The notes below the pieces were generated by a model. The model did not search any database. It was not told the origin of the DNA and worked only from the letters and a program-made list of their open reading frames with translations. From the human T2T-CHM13v2.0 reference genome, Homo sapiens: a DNA stretch of 64,000 nucleotides. The position numbers were made by a program, and so were the translations under genes. The stretch is taken from NCBI RefSeq assembly GCF_009914755.1, contig NC_060935.1. The stretch is one strand, 5' to 3'. Below, one piece after another: positions 25,586 to 41,914 of this stretch. Numbering within the stretch: the first letter of the stretch is position 1; each line of letters starts with the position of its first letter.

Positions 25586-26836
25586 CCATACTTTTATCCG
25601 GAATAAAAGCTTTACAGAACAGCCATCCTCACAAGTCTTTCTGTCACATCATATTGAGCAGAATTGCATCACATATTTCTCCTCAAAGTAACTGTTATGA
25701 AGCATAAAGGAATTTCCGCTTATCAGAATTTACCCCCAGCCACATAGGAGTGGACACAAAAAGAAAATAAAGTGATAGTTTTGTTAGTAAAGAAGTGAAC
25801 AGTCATCAGGAAAGAAACAAACAGTGAGGTTCAAAAAAAAAAAAAAAACTGTCAGCATCCTTTCTTACATTCAGAGGTGTAAAATTTATATAACAGAAAG
25901 ATGATTAATCCACGAATATTTCTGGGTTGCAATCAGCTTCTATCTCAAAATCCTCATAATTTCCCTATGTCCCACAACCACTCTGGCTGTTTCATTATAA
26001 TTAAAATGAAGAAGCTGAATTAAGTCAACTGCAAGCTCCTTTTAGCTTAGTCTGAAATAAAGCTAAAATTCTGTTCTTTATAAACTTGATAAAAGTAAAC
26101 ACATTCTTCATGACCCAGCTTATATTCTTTCTTCTGAATTAAGTTCTCTGTTACAGCTCCATAGAGAGTAAACATCCCATCAGCATTTTATCAAGCCTAT
26201 AACGTACGCATATTACTGCCATATATAATTTTTAATAATGTACATTATTTGTGTTATTCCACATGACAGTAAATTCATTTAAATAAGTAATAATATTTGA
26301 GCCATTTTAATATCTACAATTCCTACATTAGCATCTAACACACAGTGAGTAAGCATCTGATAAACAAGCATTAATCTTCATTACATTCCTGCAAATATAT
26401 AGCAATTAAATTGCTGCATGGGCTGCTAATTAAAATAAATAAATAAATTATACCTTTCTGGGATAGGGCTTAAGCCAGTGCAAATGTGACAAATGTTTTA
26501 GAGGCTAACTTATCTGATCTGTATATTAGGAATGATGGTTACATGTCACTGAATGACACTCTCTAAAAACGGACCTAATGTTAAAGTGAGAGAACTGTGT
26601 ACTTAGTACAATCCTTGCACATTCTGGAAAGCATGCTGTAGTCACTAATCATTGTTACTCAGAATCTATGTGACATTGACATGACTATAAAACTGCCTAT
26701 AGACATTAAGTTGAGGGTCAAAACAAACTAAAAACAGGTATACATCAAAACACTACTGTTTTTCTAAACACCGTCTATCCTCAGTTCAGTATTCTTATTC
26801 CTGGTCCCATATATGAAAGGCATTGTAGATATGCGA

Positions 26837-27478
26837 TGTAGAGACCCATCATAAGGGTCACAGCTGACACCCCTATACCAAAAGACAGGTTAACAAGAGA
26901 AAAGCATAACAAATTTATGTGATCCTGATTTTATGGTGACATGGGAACCTTCAGAATGAACACCCAAAGATACAGAGAAAACTAACAATTTTTTTATGAT
27001 TAGTTTCAGTGAAGAATTCTGCAGTCATGTAGAACTGTGACTGCAAAAAGGGAATGCTTTAATGCTAATAGAATGAATGGGGAAACTCAGCATGGCCTAC
27101 CTGTTCAGATTCTTCTTGGTCTCTCTGTGTGGCATTTGTCCCTCCTGGGTATGGGGCAGGACACTTCCTGGAATGTGGATCTTATGACCCACTATCAAAC
27201 AAGGTAGATTAGTAAATTTCTTTGTGACCAGTTCTTCTTACACAAAAAGGTGGAGGAAAGGTAGAATAATATTTCTAGGTTTTATCATTGGCTTTGGAGA
27301 AAAGGAGCTCTGGTTTCTATAATCCACCTTGGAAAAGCAAGACTCTAGTTTTTATGGGTAGCCTTGGGAAAGAATGAGAGGTCAGAGAAAGGAGGGCAGA
27401 AGAAGTTTGCAGATAAACTTGGCTCCTGAGTTGAGTCTGATGCCTTCACTTTGGAGTATTGTTTCCTGTGCTCCAAGA
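26837..27478 (-). mobile_element. ERV1 solo LTR, MER31/MER67-like
   Basis: aaaagacaggttaacaagagaaaagcataacaaattt..., ttcttcttggtctctctgtg, ttggagtattgtttcctg motifs; subfamily uncertain. Confidence 0.65.
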
Positions 27479-29883
27479 ACACTCCGAGAAGTTATCCAAG
27501 AGTTGGGAAAAATCAGTCATTAGAATCCAAACCTCCTGCTATGATCTATAACCCCAGATGTGTAATAATATTAACTATAACCTACATTCATTCTGGTTCC
27601 CTTTCTTTCTTATTTTCTCAGTTGAAGACACCTATTGTGTCTCAAATCTTTCAGCCTCACATATTTTGTATGTAGTAAAAACTATAAATGTGTCTTTAAG
27701 AGCCATTTATTATGCATGGAGCTTAATCACGACTAAAGGACAAGTATAAATTCAAGGCGGTCTGCATTTCATTCTTGCATACCTCTCTTTGTTGATAGTA
27801 TCATTCTGTGGAAAATTAGCATTTAAATACAAAATCCCTCTAGCATTGCGAGGTAGATGTGACTCACAAGAGGTGAAATAAGCTACCAGGATTTTGTTGC
27901 TGTTGTTACCAAGCATCCCCTCATATAAAAACACACATTTGTACCTATTTTGGCCTATGTCTCTAAGCTGATAAAAATGACCTGTATGCAGAGTAAAAAG
28001 TAATCATTAAAGTAGAGACAGGAGAAGTGCTTGTCATTGTCCTTGAATAGTGAATGAATCTAGTGTTCAAGTGGCAAGGTTGCCTTTAGATTGAAGCATC
28101 AAAAGTTCATCTTTAGCAATGAATAGGCAGAGTATGTAGGTGTGGTAGGTAGGTGGTCCATATAGAAAGCTTTTCATAAGAGGTGGAAATTTATCTCAGA
28201 TAATTCAGAAAAACTGAGAAGAATGAAGCATGTTTCCTACTTTACCACGCTTTTCATTTCTGTTCATGTTTTTCAGGAATCAGGTCAAGCATCACTTCCT
28301 GCTCTCTGCTCCCATAGTGCTAGGCACACACCTCCTTTATGCTAGACTCTGAGTTTCAAAGGCAAAGGTTCTATCCTGTTTGTTTTGTATTTCATGACTT
28401 TTAACAGTACTTAGAATATAGCTAGAAAAGTTCCTAGAATATTATTTTTGTATGAAAAAATGATCAAAAAAAGAACACTGTTGCTGTTAGATTTTTATGA
28501 TTTTTCCTGTTATTGGAAAGTTATTTTTGTATAATTAGATGAATTCAGATTTATGACTAGATTATATTATAGGCAACCATAGAATTCAAGAACTAAATGT
28601 AATTAGACAAAGATGTCAATCACTCTCACATTAGAAACAAACTTTTATTTAGACATGCATATGAAACACCTAAATGAGCAGAAAGACCTGTTTTCGGTGC
28701 TTGACCACACTGTAGTATATTATAAGTAATACATTGAATAACTCCTTTTTACCTGCGTAATTTGGAAAATTATCACCATAAAAATATTGAAAATCTGTAT
28801 GCCATCAAAATCTATTTTTAAAGAACTTCATCAGCTGTCAAACCATGACAGCTCTTCTCTGCATAAAAATTTGCGACAAAGACAGCAATAATGAATTTCT
28901 AGAGCTGTGCCACTACTTGATATTAAAACTGTGCTCTTCTCAATTTGGTGAGAAAAGATGCTGCCTGGCTGACAAAAACAGTTCCTTTATCACTACAGAA
29001 AATGTGAGAGGAGAGTATATTCTGACGTAAAAGAGCCAAGCAATAGAATTGTGTTAGATAATCATTTTCCTGGAAAGAGAGATCTAAAATTAAAAATTCT
29101 CCCATTAATTAATTAGGTAACCTTGGGAAAATCACCTAGTCTCTCTGGTCTTAATTATCCTTGTGCCTGGAATGAGGAGTTTTGAATTGATTATCCCCTA
29201 TATCCCTTTGAATTTGTTATATCCAAAAGCTTACTCATCAATTTCTAAAATTAAACCTAGTAACTGACAAGAACCGGTTCTTAGTATTGGAATGAAGCTA
29301 TAAGATGTATAGCATCCCAAAGACCCTTGTCTTTGGTCTAATGGTGAAATTTAGAATGTTAAATATTTCTGTTTTTTCAATGTGGGCTGCAGGTAGATTT
29401 CATGTGAAAGCTTTTTGTGATGATACCACGTGCCTTCAGAAGAAATAGTTTGAATGGCAAAGCTTGCCTTTGAATATAAAAGTAAAAGCTTCGTGTCATA
29501 AAACTACTCAACAATTTCATTCGCTTCTCTTTTCCAAAGCCTTTTTTTCTAGTGAAACCTCAAGTAATCTGTTGTTTCAGAGAGTATGATGGGAACAAAA
29601 CTTAGGCTGAGTTTTAAATATAATTCCTGCCTTTCAACTCAGTCTTCCAACTAATCCTCCTCATCTCATAATGTGAACTAATTGAAGTTTCATGCTATCT
29701 CAGTGACCCTTAATGAAATTATTCACTCACTTGTGTAGTGTTCTCCAACACTGACTCTGAAATAGGTGAGATGGAACATCAGTAAGAGCGATAAAAGCAG
29801 AGCTTGGTAATCTATTACACAGATGGGAGATTCAAGAGCCAGAATGAAGAATGGACAAGGAAATTCCCCTGACTCAGCATAAT

Positions 29884-30869
29884 TGATGGCAGCCGCTGCC
29901 GCCATCACACAGGCTGCAGCAGGGAGGCATAGCAGGGGCTGCACACTCCATGGAGCTGGTGGGAGTCCCACCCCTTCTGAATTGGGACGAGAGCTTCCCT
30001 GTTGCCGCTGCAGCCGCCCAAACCAGGGCTGCAGACCCGGGCCTCTTGCTCTGTGCAGCAGGCAGGAGCACCGCCCTCCTGGGTGAGGCTACGGCCACCC
30101 AAATTGCATCTGTGGATGGGAGCCTCCCTGTGCTCTTGGAAGCGCCAGGATCAGGTAGGATTTGTCTTCCTAGGTTCAGCTGCAACCACCCCACCTGGGC
30201 TGTAGAACTCGGCCTCCTGCTCCACAGAGCGAGCAGGAGCCGGAAACAAGCAGGAGCTCCACCCCTTCCTAGTTGGCGGGGTGGGAGATCCCCGGTGCAG
30301 CTAAGGCTGCCCCTCCCAGATGCAGGACATGGGCATCTCCGCAGCTTGCGTCCTTGGCCTGAAGGCTGGGGGCCGGGCTGCCAGTCCCGTGCACCACAGT
30401 GGGGACTCGTGGTGCCTCTTCCCATGGACCAATCAGCACACATTTTCTCCCCTCTGAGGTCCATAAAAGCCCTGGCTTCAGCCAGAGCAGGAGAGAGGAC
30501 TGAGAGGATGGAGAGACAACGGGACCACCAGCTGCAGAGAGGAGCTACCCTCTCTGCTGAGAGCTTCCGAGACCTGCAGAGATGTCTGAACCACCTGCAG
30601 AGAGGAGCTACCCTCTTCAGGGCCACCTCTCTGCTGAGAGTTGAACACTCCACAGGAGGACTGCCTGCCAACAGAGGGGATCTACCCATTGTGGTCTCCT
30701 CTGGGCTGTTCTAACACTAAATAAATCTCCTCTTTGTGTTCTTCACCGTTCGCTCGTCTACGTCTAGGTACCTCATTCCTCCTGGACGCAGGACAAGAAC
30801 TCAGGTAAATGTGCCACAGGCCATAAAAGCTTCCGGGAAGAAAATCAATACCCCAAAGATATCACAACA
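29884..30869 (+). mobile_element. MER52-family ERV1 solo LTR
   Basis: TG...CA with 4-bp TSD TAAT (29880-29883, 30870-30873); GC-rich; CCAAT (~30429), CATAAAA (~30462), AATAAA (~30720); repeated gcagagaggagctaccctct. Confidence 0.88.
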
Positions 30870-32399
30870 TAATCAGGGTCTAAAGTTCTATGTGCCCAAT
30901 GAAAGGCTTTATAATCTATGCCTGGATGTTTCCTATTTTCTCTCTCTCTCTCTCTATCCTTGTATGGGAGAAATGGTTGCTATTATCCCATGGTGAAACT
31001 ATCATCCCAGCTCCACATCTGCATATGTGTGTGCAGTGTGGGTGTGTGTACAGAAGGTTAACTCATTGTCTTTTCTTTCATGATTTGCAAAAGAATTAGC
31101 AAGCACAAATAGACCTACAGGGGAAGACTGCATCAGACACACATCTTAGACTTTGAGCTAGAGGCGGTTATTTATGCTATCATGTTGCTAAAAGGATGAA
31201 TACAATTGTTCATATGGTAAGAGGGGAAAAGTCAGTATTTGGTGATCAGAAAGACATGATGTGGTAGAAATTAATATGTTTTGACCAAATCCTATTTTAT
31301 AATTTTCCCAGAACATAGCAAAACAACAATTTTTATCCTTAAGTTAATTGTAGCTATATGGCTAAAAATGAACCAGTGTAAGGTAAGCAAAAGTGATGTT
31401 TGCCACTTCTAGGCCTGTGTCATTAAAACCTTTCACGTTTGTTCTGCCATGTAATTTTCTCTTTTGTACTTTTGGGATATGATAAGAACTACCTGGAATT
31501 GCCGAACTAGAAAAATAAGGTATGATAGTGAAAAACCTGCTTGCCATATCACTCTAAGAAACTTGATCAAGTTAGAGAACATTTCATTTACTAGACTTGG
31601 GTAGGTGCCACCACTTCTTAGGAGTTTTAGGGCTGATTAAGGGATCCAGCCAGTCACACTACAGCAGGTCTGAGCTGCCACTCAAATTGGCAGTTCGTAG
31701 GGTTTACCTCACAATTGCATTTGCTCCTGAAGGTGATTTACAGGAAACAACTCCAAGGCTATGAAAAGGAATTGAGGTACAACAAAGACATAGCTTGATT
31801 TATAAACTTTTAAACGTTTACAAACATGGTATGGGTAGCTGTATACTTACCCTTGGAATTGCAAATATTAGGAGTGGTTCTATTGGTCTCTCTCAGCCTT
31901 TTCCTTGTAAGATCAAGACGTCATCTCTTCTCTTTATAACTGGAACTATCTGGACTTTAATAAATATATTGGAGCATTATGACAAGGTGAAAAAATATGA
32001 ATTTATAAGTCTGGTAGGACATGGTATATGTAGTTTTCCTAACGAGTGGTAGTGTTATTTTCAGAGAGCATGCTATAAATTATTTAAGTTCTATAGGAAT
32101 ATCCCTTTAACAAAGACATAATAATTCCACCATCATGAGAATAATGCAACAAAAATTATGTAGATAGCTAGACATTATAAGCCATTTTGCCTTATAATGA
32201 TCCCAAGCATCAAAAGGGAAAGATGGCATATTTGGAAATTTGTCAGTTCATTTCTAATTTTACTATTGGTCCTTTTCAAAATTATCATCCAGGTAGGAGA
32301 GACTAAGGACAAAGAAAAAAATTATAGTTTATTATATGTCAGGTCACACTCAAGTCATTTGATTCGAGCACCAAACAACATTGTCCAAAACCAAACAGT

Positions 32400-35770
<3,371 letters not shown>

Positions 35771-37059
35771 TGCCTTAGATATGTATTTTAAACATGTATA
35801 CACAGTTTCTTTCCTTATTCCTTTAACTGACTACATTCATATAATCAACATTTAGTATGTGAAGTGCAAGCTGCATGGTGCACAGGATTAACACAAATAA
35901 TTTCAAAGATGCACTTGTGCCTTTTTTCCACTTTAATGCTTTTCTCTAACATGAAAACATTTTGCACTGAACTTGTCACAGAGATTGTGCGGAGCAATGC
36001 TGTTTTATTTTAAATGATGCATTATAACTTTCCTAATATATTGAAAAATTAAGAGAAGAAAAATGTAATCAAGCATAGCAGATTTTCATGAAATTACTTA
36101 TTTCTGCATTAATTAATTGATTAAGCATCAACATTCTCTGGAGAAGTGTTCTCAACCTTTTTTAAAACCCCTAATTCTCATCTCATAAAAATTTCCCTGA
36201 GCTGTGCCTTTTAGAATTTGCATTAGAAGAACAATAGTACATTTTCATGCTTCCCACATATAAAATGATATTCTAACATCACATGGATTTATCAAACTTA
36301 TATATATTCTTGTCTCCTATCTCTCCCCAGAGTGTCTGCCACGCCTTTCTCTTTTCAACTTCCTCTCCTCTTTCAGAACGTCTGCTATGACATTGGGACA
36401 TTATTTTAATAGCCACACTGTGCCCGTGGCTCCTTTCCCACATCTCAGGGCCGCAACTTAGCCTCCCTCACCTCGGTCCTCCACAAGTGATCCCCTTGGG
36501 TTGAATCTTTTGGATGTTTTGCTAATATAAATAAAAGATACATTTTTACACTTTCATTCCACCTCCTAACTGGCAGCCTTTGAAATAGGTAGCTGTTTTA
36601 GTCACTAGAGGTGAGACAGAGAAAAAATAAAAATAAGCTTCACAGAGCTCAAGCATTCACACCTGATTTTCTTTGCTATTTTTCTCTAAGGAAATTAACA
36701 ACATGCTTGCTGAGGCCTGTTCATCCTACTCAGATTCTAGTGAATCTTAATGCCATATATTTTCAAGAGGTTGTGTATTAAAGAGAAAATTGCAAAGGAA
36801 ACTCAATTGTCTCCTTTGCAGACAATAGCTTTCCCAAACCTCAATTTTGCAAGCTCTGTCTTGTGTAAATAAGCATTAACAATCATGGTAAGTTGAATAA
36901 TCATCCCGCAAAAGATATTCAGTTCCCCTGCAATCTGTGACTATGTTACTTATATGGAAAAATTGAATTGGCAGATGTGATCAAGTTTTTTAAAAATCTG
37001 CTATATATATATATACCTCCATCCAATTGTATCCTTCTAAAATTTTATAATGGATGATC

Positions 37060-38830
37060 TTATTCATTCATTTAACAAACAATAATTTATTGAATGCTCA
37101 CTATATATCAGGTATTTTTGTCTGGCCTGAAAATGCAGCAGAGAACGGAATGGAAAATAATCTTTATCTTTTTGTAGTTTCTATTTTGCCAGACATCAGA
37201 GTCTCTGTATATATCCTTACTAGGGACCTCATTCTCACAGACTATAATGTATATATTATGCGATGTGTCAGGCTTCATAGGTGGAGACAAACACTAAACA
37301 AATGAACACATGAAATATAACAAAGTTATTTATTCATTATATCTTTTCTACTCCTTCTATGTACCAAACACTGTTCTACTTACTTGGAATACCTCAAATA
37401 ATAAAATAAATATTCTAAATTTCATGTAGATTTTATATTCCACAAGAGAGGAGAAACATTTTAAAAAGTTAAAAAGAAAATTATAATAATTGCTAAGAGA
37501 TAAGTCCTCTACAAAAGAAGAGATTTTTTTTTTTTTTTAATCTTAGAGAACAGGATGAGGGGGCTTAGGTGGCTTGGTATTGCTAAGTGTAGGCACATTT
37601 TGCAGAAACAAATATGGTATTCACAGTGGATATTACTTAAAGAAGGTGAGGGATTTTGTCAAACAAATAGTAAATGGTAGAGTATTCCAAGAAGTGGTAG
37701 CAGCTAGACCAAAGTTGCTAAAGTATTAGAAAGGATAATGAGAAACCTGGTAATATCAGATCTTGTGAGCTATTTCTAGGGTTTTGTGAGTAAAAGTAAG
37801 AGACACTGAAGATTTTTGAGCAGTGGAGTGAAACAGTCCTGGACTTAACATCTTAAAGTCATCACTCTGGCTGTTCTCTTTTGACAGTGGAAGCAAAAGC
37901 AAACAAACAAAACACAGAGAGAGGTTATAGCACAATCCAGGTGAGAGAACATGGTGGCTTGAACTGTTGTTTCATGCATGTTGGATATGCTGGTAAGTTT
38001 TGCATTTCTGAATATATTTTAAAGAATGAGCAAATTTAACTTTTTTAGACTGGACCTGATTTTTAACGAAAGAGGAGAAGTAAGGTTAACCTACAGGTTT
38101 TTGATGTGAGAAAGAGAGGAAATATAAGTGTAAAATTGACATCCGCTGAGTAGGTAAAATAGGTTTGGAGGTAAGATTAGCAGTTCAGTTTTGGGACATG
38201 GTGAGTTGAAATGTCTATTAGATATCCACATGGAAAAGTAAAGAAGATGGATATTTAGTTCTGGAATTGGAGAGAGCCCTGGAGACATACATTTTGAAGC
38301 AGGTTAGAAGATGGCAAGCACCATGGGGACACCTAAATCAGAAAATTGTAATTATGATAGGAGAGTATAACATTTGCATAAAACATAAAATAAGCAAGGA
38401 AAAGAGCCATGTAGATATAAATAGGAAAATATTTCAGAGGATAGAAATAGCAAGTACAAAATACTTAGCTGAATTGCTTTGGGGAAGAATGTAACCTGCT
38501 ATGTTGGAAGAACAGCAAGTATGGTAATACAGTTATAGAAAAGTAAACAAAAGAGAGAAGAGAAGGAATAAAGGTCATAGATGATACTGAGAATAAGATC
38601 ATGTAGGGTCTTCCAGGTCTTTTAATATAAATAAGTGAGAGGTCATTGTTATATTTTGATCAGAGCAGTGACACAATTTGAAAAGTTCATAAGAAACATT
38701 CTGGCTGCAGAAATTAAAAAAATCTGTAGGGGCTATGAAGAGAAAAACAAAGAAAATCATCGTAGTTATTTTTAACAATCTAGGCAAGAGATAAAATAAT
38801 GATTGGGTTGGACAATTAATAGATTGTAGT
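37060..38830 (-). mobile_element. L2 fragments
   Basis: attcattcatttaacaaac...ttattgaatgc 3' ends; gttcagttttgggacatggtgagttgaaatgtct; atcactctggctg. Confidence 0.7.
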
Positions 38831-39394
38831 AGAAGAGGTGGAGTCTTTGTGTTTCACTGAAAGCAAATTTTGAGGCAAGTAGCACAGGGCAAGTAGAAGG
38901 AAAACACAGACGGGATTAGAATAGATAAGAAAGGGTGGAAGTCAATATAGAATTCATCATCTAACCAGGGACCCTTGCCTGTGGGCATTTGATACCAGTT
39001 CCTCTGCAGACCTCTGGGAGACAGTGTAGAACATTTTTCATAGTAATTCCAGCCAAAGGGGAGGAAGCAAGGAAATATTTCTCTCTATTTTCTATCAATC
39101 AGTGGTTGAAGGTTGCTTGAAGAAACATATCTAGCTTACTCTCCTGCTGGTCAAGAATGCTCCTAGAGTAGAAAAAAACATCCCCAGCTAGAGATTCATG
39201 TTGTTCACATTAAGTAACTTTTGGCATGCAGAGGTGAGTGTTGACAAAATATGGATTAGGCAGCAGGAGCAGTTGCTTAAGGTAGTGAGAAGTATTTATA
39301 TCCTAGATAAATTTGGAAGCCTGAACATAGAAGTGTGAAGTGTGATACATACATACATATACATACCTTTGTAAGTGTGTGTATATATAATTAG

Positions 39395-39832
39395 TGATAT
39401 AGTTTGAATGTGTGTCCCTGCCCAAATCTCATATTGAAATGGAATCACCATTGTTGAAGGTGGGGCCTGGTGGGTGGTGATTTGATCATGGGGGTGGTTC
39501 CTCATGAATAGTTTAGTTTCAACTCCCTTGGTACTGTCTTTGTGATAGTGAGTGAGTTTTCATGAGGTCTGGTCATTTAAAAGTGTGTAGCACATGTAGC
39601 ACCTCATGCCTCCCCTCTCTTGCTCCTGGCTCCAGCTATGTGGCATGCCTGCTCTTCCTTCGACTTCTGCCATGATTGTAAGTTTCTGTAGGCCCTCCAC
39701 AGAAGCTGCTCAGATGCCAGCACCATGCTTGCTGTACAGCCTGTGGAACAGCGAGCGAATTAAACTTCTTTTCTTTATAAATTACCCAGTCTCAGATATT
39801 TCTTTATAGCAATGTGAGACTAGAGTAATACA
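39395..39832 (+). mobile_element. MST-type MaLR solo LTR
   Basis: tgatatagtttgaatgtgtgtccctgcccaaatctcat...ttctttataaattacccagtctcag...taataca. Confidence 0.9.
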
Positions 39833-40123
39833 ATGGGTTAAGTATATTTCTCTCAAAGATGTTTATTAAAACTCAATTTCAAATTTCCAAGTTTCATTCT
39901 TTAATGAATATTTACTGAGTATGTTCAAAGTCCTATGAATTTATGAGGAAATCAGAGATACCAAGAGGAAGGATGCACAAATATTGACCTCAAGGGACTC
40001 AAATTTTAGTAGTAAATTTAATATTTTTTATTAATTACATTATACAATAAAAGATGAAAGTTTACATAAAATAAATATTATGAAAATGCGGTACTTAGGG
40101 AAATGATAATAAGGGCTTAGTTT

Positions 40124-40894
40124 AATTAAGTGATCCTAGAAATGGAGGCTGGCCTATTTTATTCTTTCTTGACTCTTCAAGTTCAAGCTCAGAGCCTGGT
40201 CCATAGAAATTACTCAATATATAGTAACAGGGATTTCTCACTATACAGTAGCTTACTTCTTCAAAAGCAGTGAGGGAGTCTTTGCCTGTCTTCTGCCAAA
40301 GCTCCATTCCTCTTCACAGGCTTTTCCATTATCTTGGTAGGCTAGGCCCCACAGTATAATGTCTCTTTGGATTAACTCATTATCAGCTGACGATTTGGGA
40401 CATTACATTTTCAGAATCCCTTCCAGTTACTCTTAAGAGTAACATCCTATCAGATTTCCAGGTCCTGCCTATACCCAAGGGCATGGATTATATAGGTTGT
40501 ATCCACCAGAGGGCAAGAATCTTGGGGACCATTTCAAAATTCTGCCTATCACATCTCCAAATGTGCAAAACTGATTTTTTTTATTTGTCACTACTGCATC
40601 TTAATTCCATATTTATTAGCTTCTCTTCATCATTTCCTCCTATTTTATGTAAAGCTACTACCATTCTGCCAGTTGCTCTAGCTAGATATATAAACATTTT
40701 GCTAAATTGCCCTTCTTCCTTCACCACAGCCCATACTTCTTTCTTATCAGTGTTTCTATGTTGAATTTTTCTACTCATTAACTATATATTGGGCACACAC
40801 TATGTGTTAGGCTCTGAGTCTGGACCTGGTGATTCGAGGTGGAATAAAATAGGCCAGACTTGCAGACTCCATTTCCAGGATCACTACATTAATT
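40124..40894. repeat. Old inverted duplication: arms 40124-40225 and 40781-40894
   Basis: Shared blocks agtgatcct(a/g)gaaatggag, ctggcctattttattc, ctcagagcct, caatatatagt in opposite orientation; roughly 70-75% identity by eye. Confidence 0.75.
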
Positions 40895-41276
40895 TAGAGT
40901 CTTACCATTTTTCTTTTACTGTAGATTTTCAAGCCAATCTTTCTGACCTTTCTCCCTGCATTCTCTCTCACTTCAATCTCTACCATAAACTGACATCAAA
41001 ATGTCAGTGATCTAGATATAAAATATAACCATACCTCACATTATGAAACATAAACATATTAAATTGTTGCTTTTTGTCTAAATATTTTGGCTGCAAATGA
41101 AATAATCTAAATTCAAATTAAATTATGCAAAATGGGATTTTTTTTTTGTACTGCCTTACAAACTGAAAATTTAAATGGCATTTTGGTTTCAGATTATACT
41201 CTGGCTGTAGTGGCAGTTCTTTCAATCATTATGGCAATGTTTCTGAGATGTGTTTTTAGTGAATCAACATAGGTAA

Positions 41277-41914
41277 TGTAAATCAATGAAAATGACCGAA
41301 GTGAGTGAGTCTCAAGTATTTTAGGACTTTTTTTTTTTTTTTTTTTGCCAAAATTAAGGACCACATGCCCTGGAGGCCTTTATCCAAAGATGATTTTGAG
41401 AGCTTAAATATTTGAATGGGAAAGGGTGTATATTGGGGGAAGAGAAAGAAATTTAAAAAATGTGTGGGGAGATAAGAGACAAAGGGTTGCATTCTGTTGA
41501 GTCTTTGATCAGCCTTTTACTAAATACACAATTTTCAAGTAGGGGGCGAGTAAATAGTCACTCATGCCTTTGTCTGGCATGAATCTGCATTTTTACATAA
41601 TCAGATATGCGTTTGTCTCAGGTGAACAGATGAATGACTTTGAGTTCTGTCCTTTGTCCTGCACTTGTGAATAAAGCTATCAATTTACATTGCCAGGGTG
41701 AAATTGAATAGGACTGCTTTAGAGTAAAGAACTTGGGGCCCACAAGAAAGTTCCTTGTGGGAAAATTGTGAGGGAGCTATGTAGTTTTTTTATCTTTGTA
41801 GCTGTCTTATTTAGGAATCAAATGGGAGGCAGGTTTGTGTGACCCAGTTCCCAACTTGACTTTTCCCCTTTGGCTTAGTGATTTTGGGATCCTGAGACGT
41901 ATTTTCCTTTCACA
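41277..41914 (-). mobile_element. MER4-family ERV1 solo LTR
   Basis: Minus strand starts tgtgaaaggaaaata...aagtcaagttgggaac; TSD GTAA (41273-41276, 41915-41918). Confidence 0.85.

Noticed and set aside
29874-30714. 271-aa and 254-aa ORFs on opposite strands
   Set aside because: They lie almost entirely within the GC-rich MER52 LTR and show no protein-family motifs.
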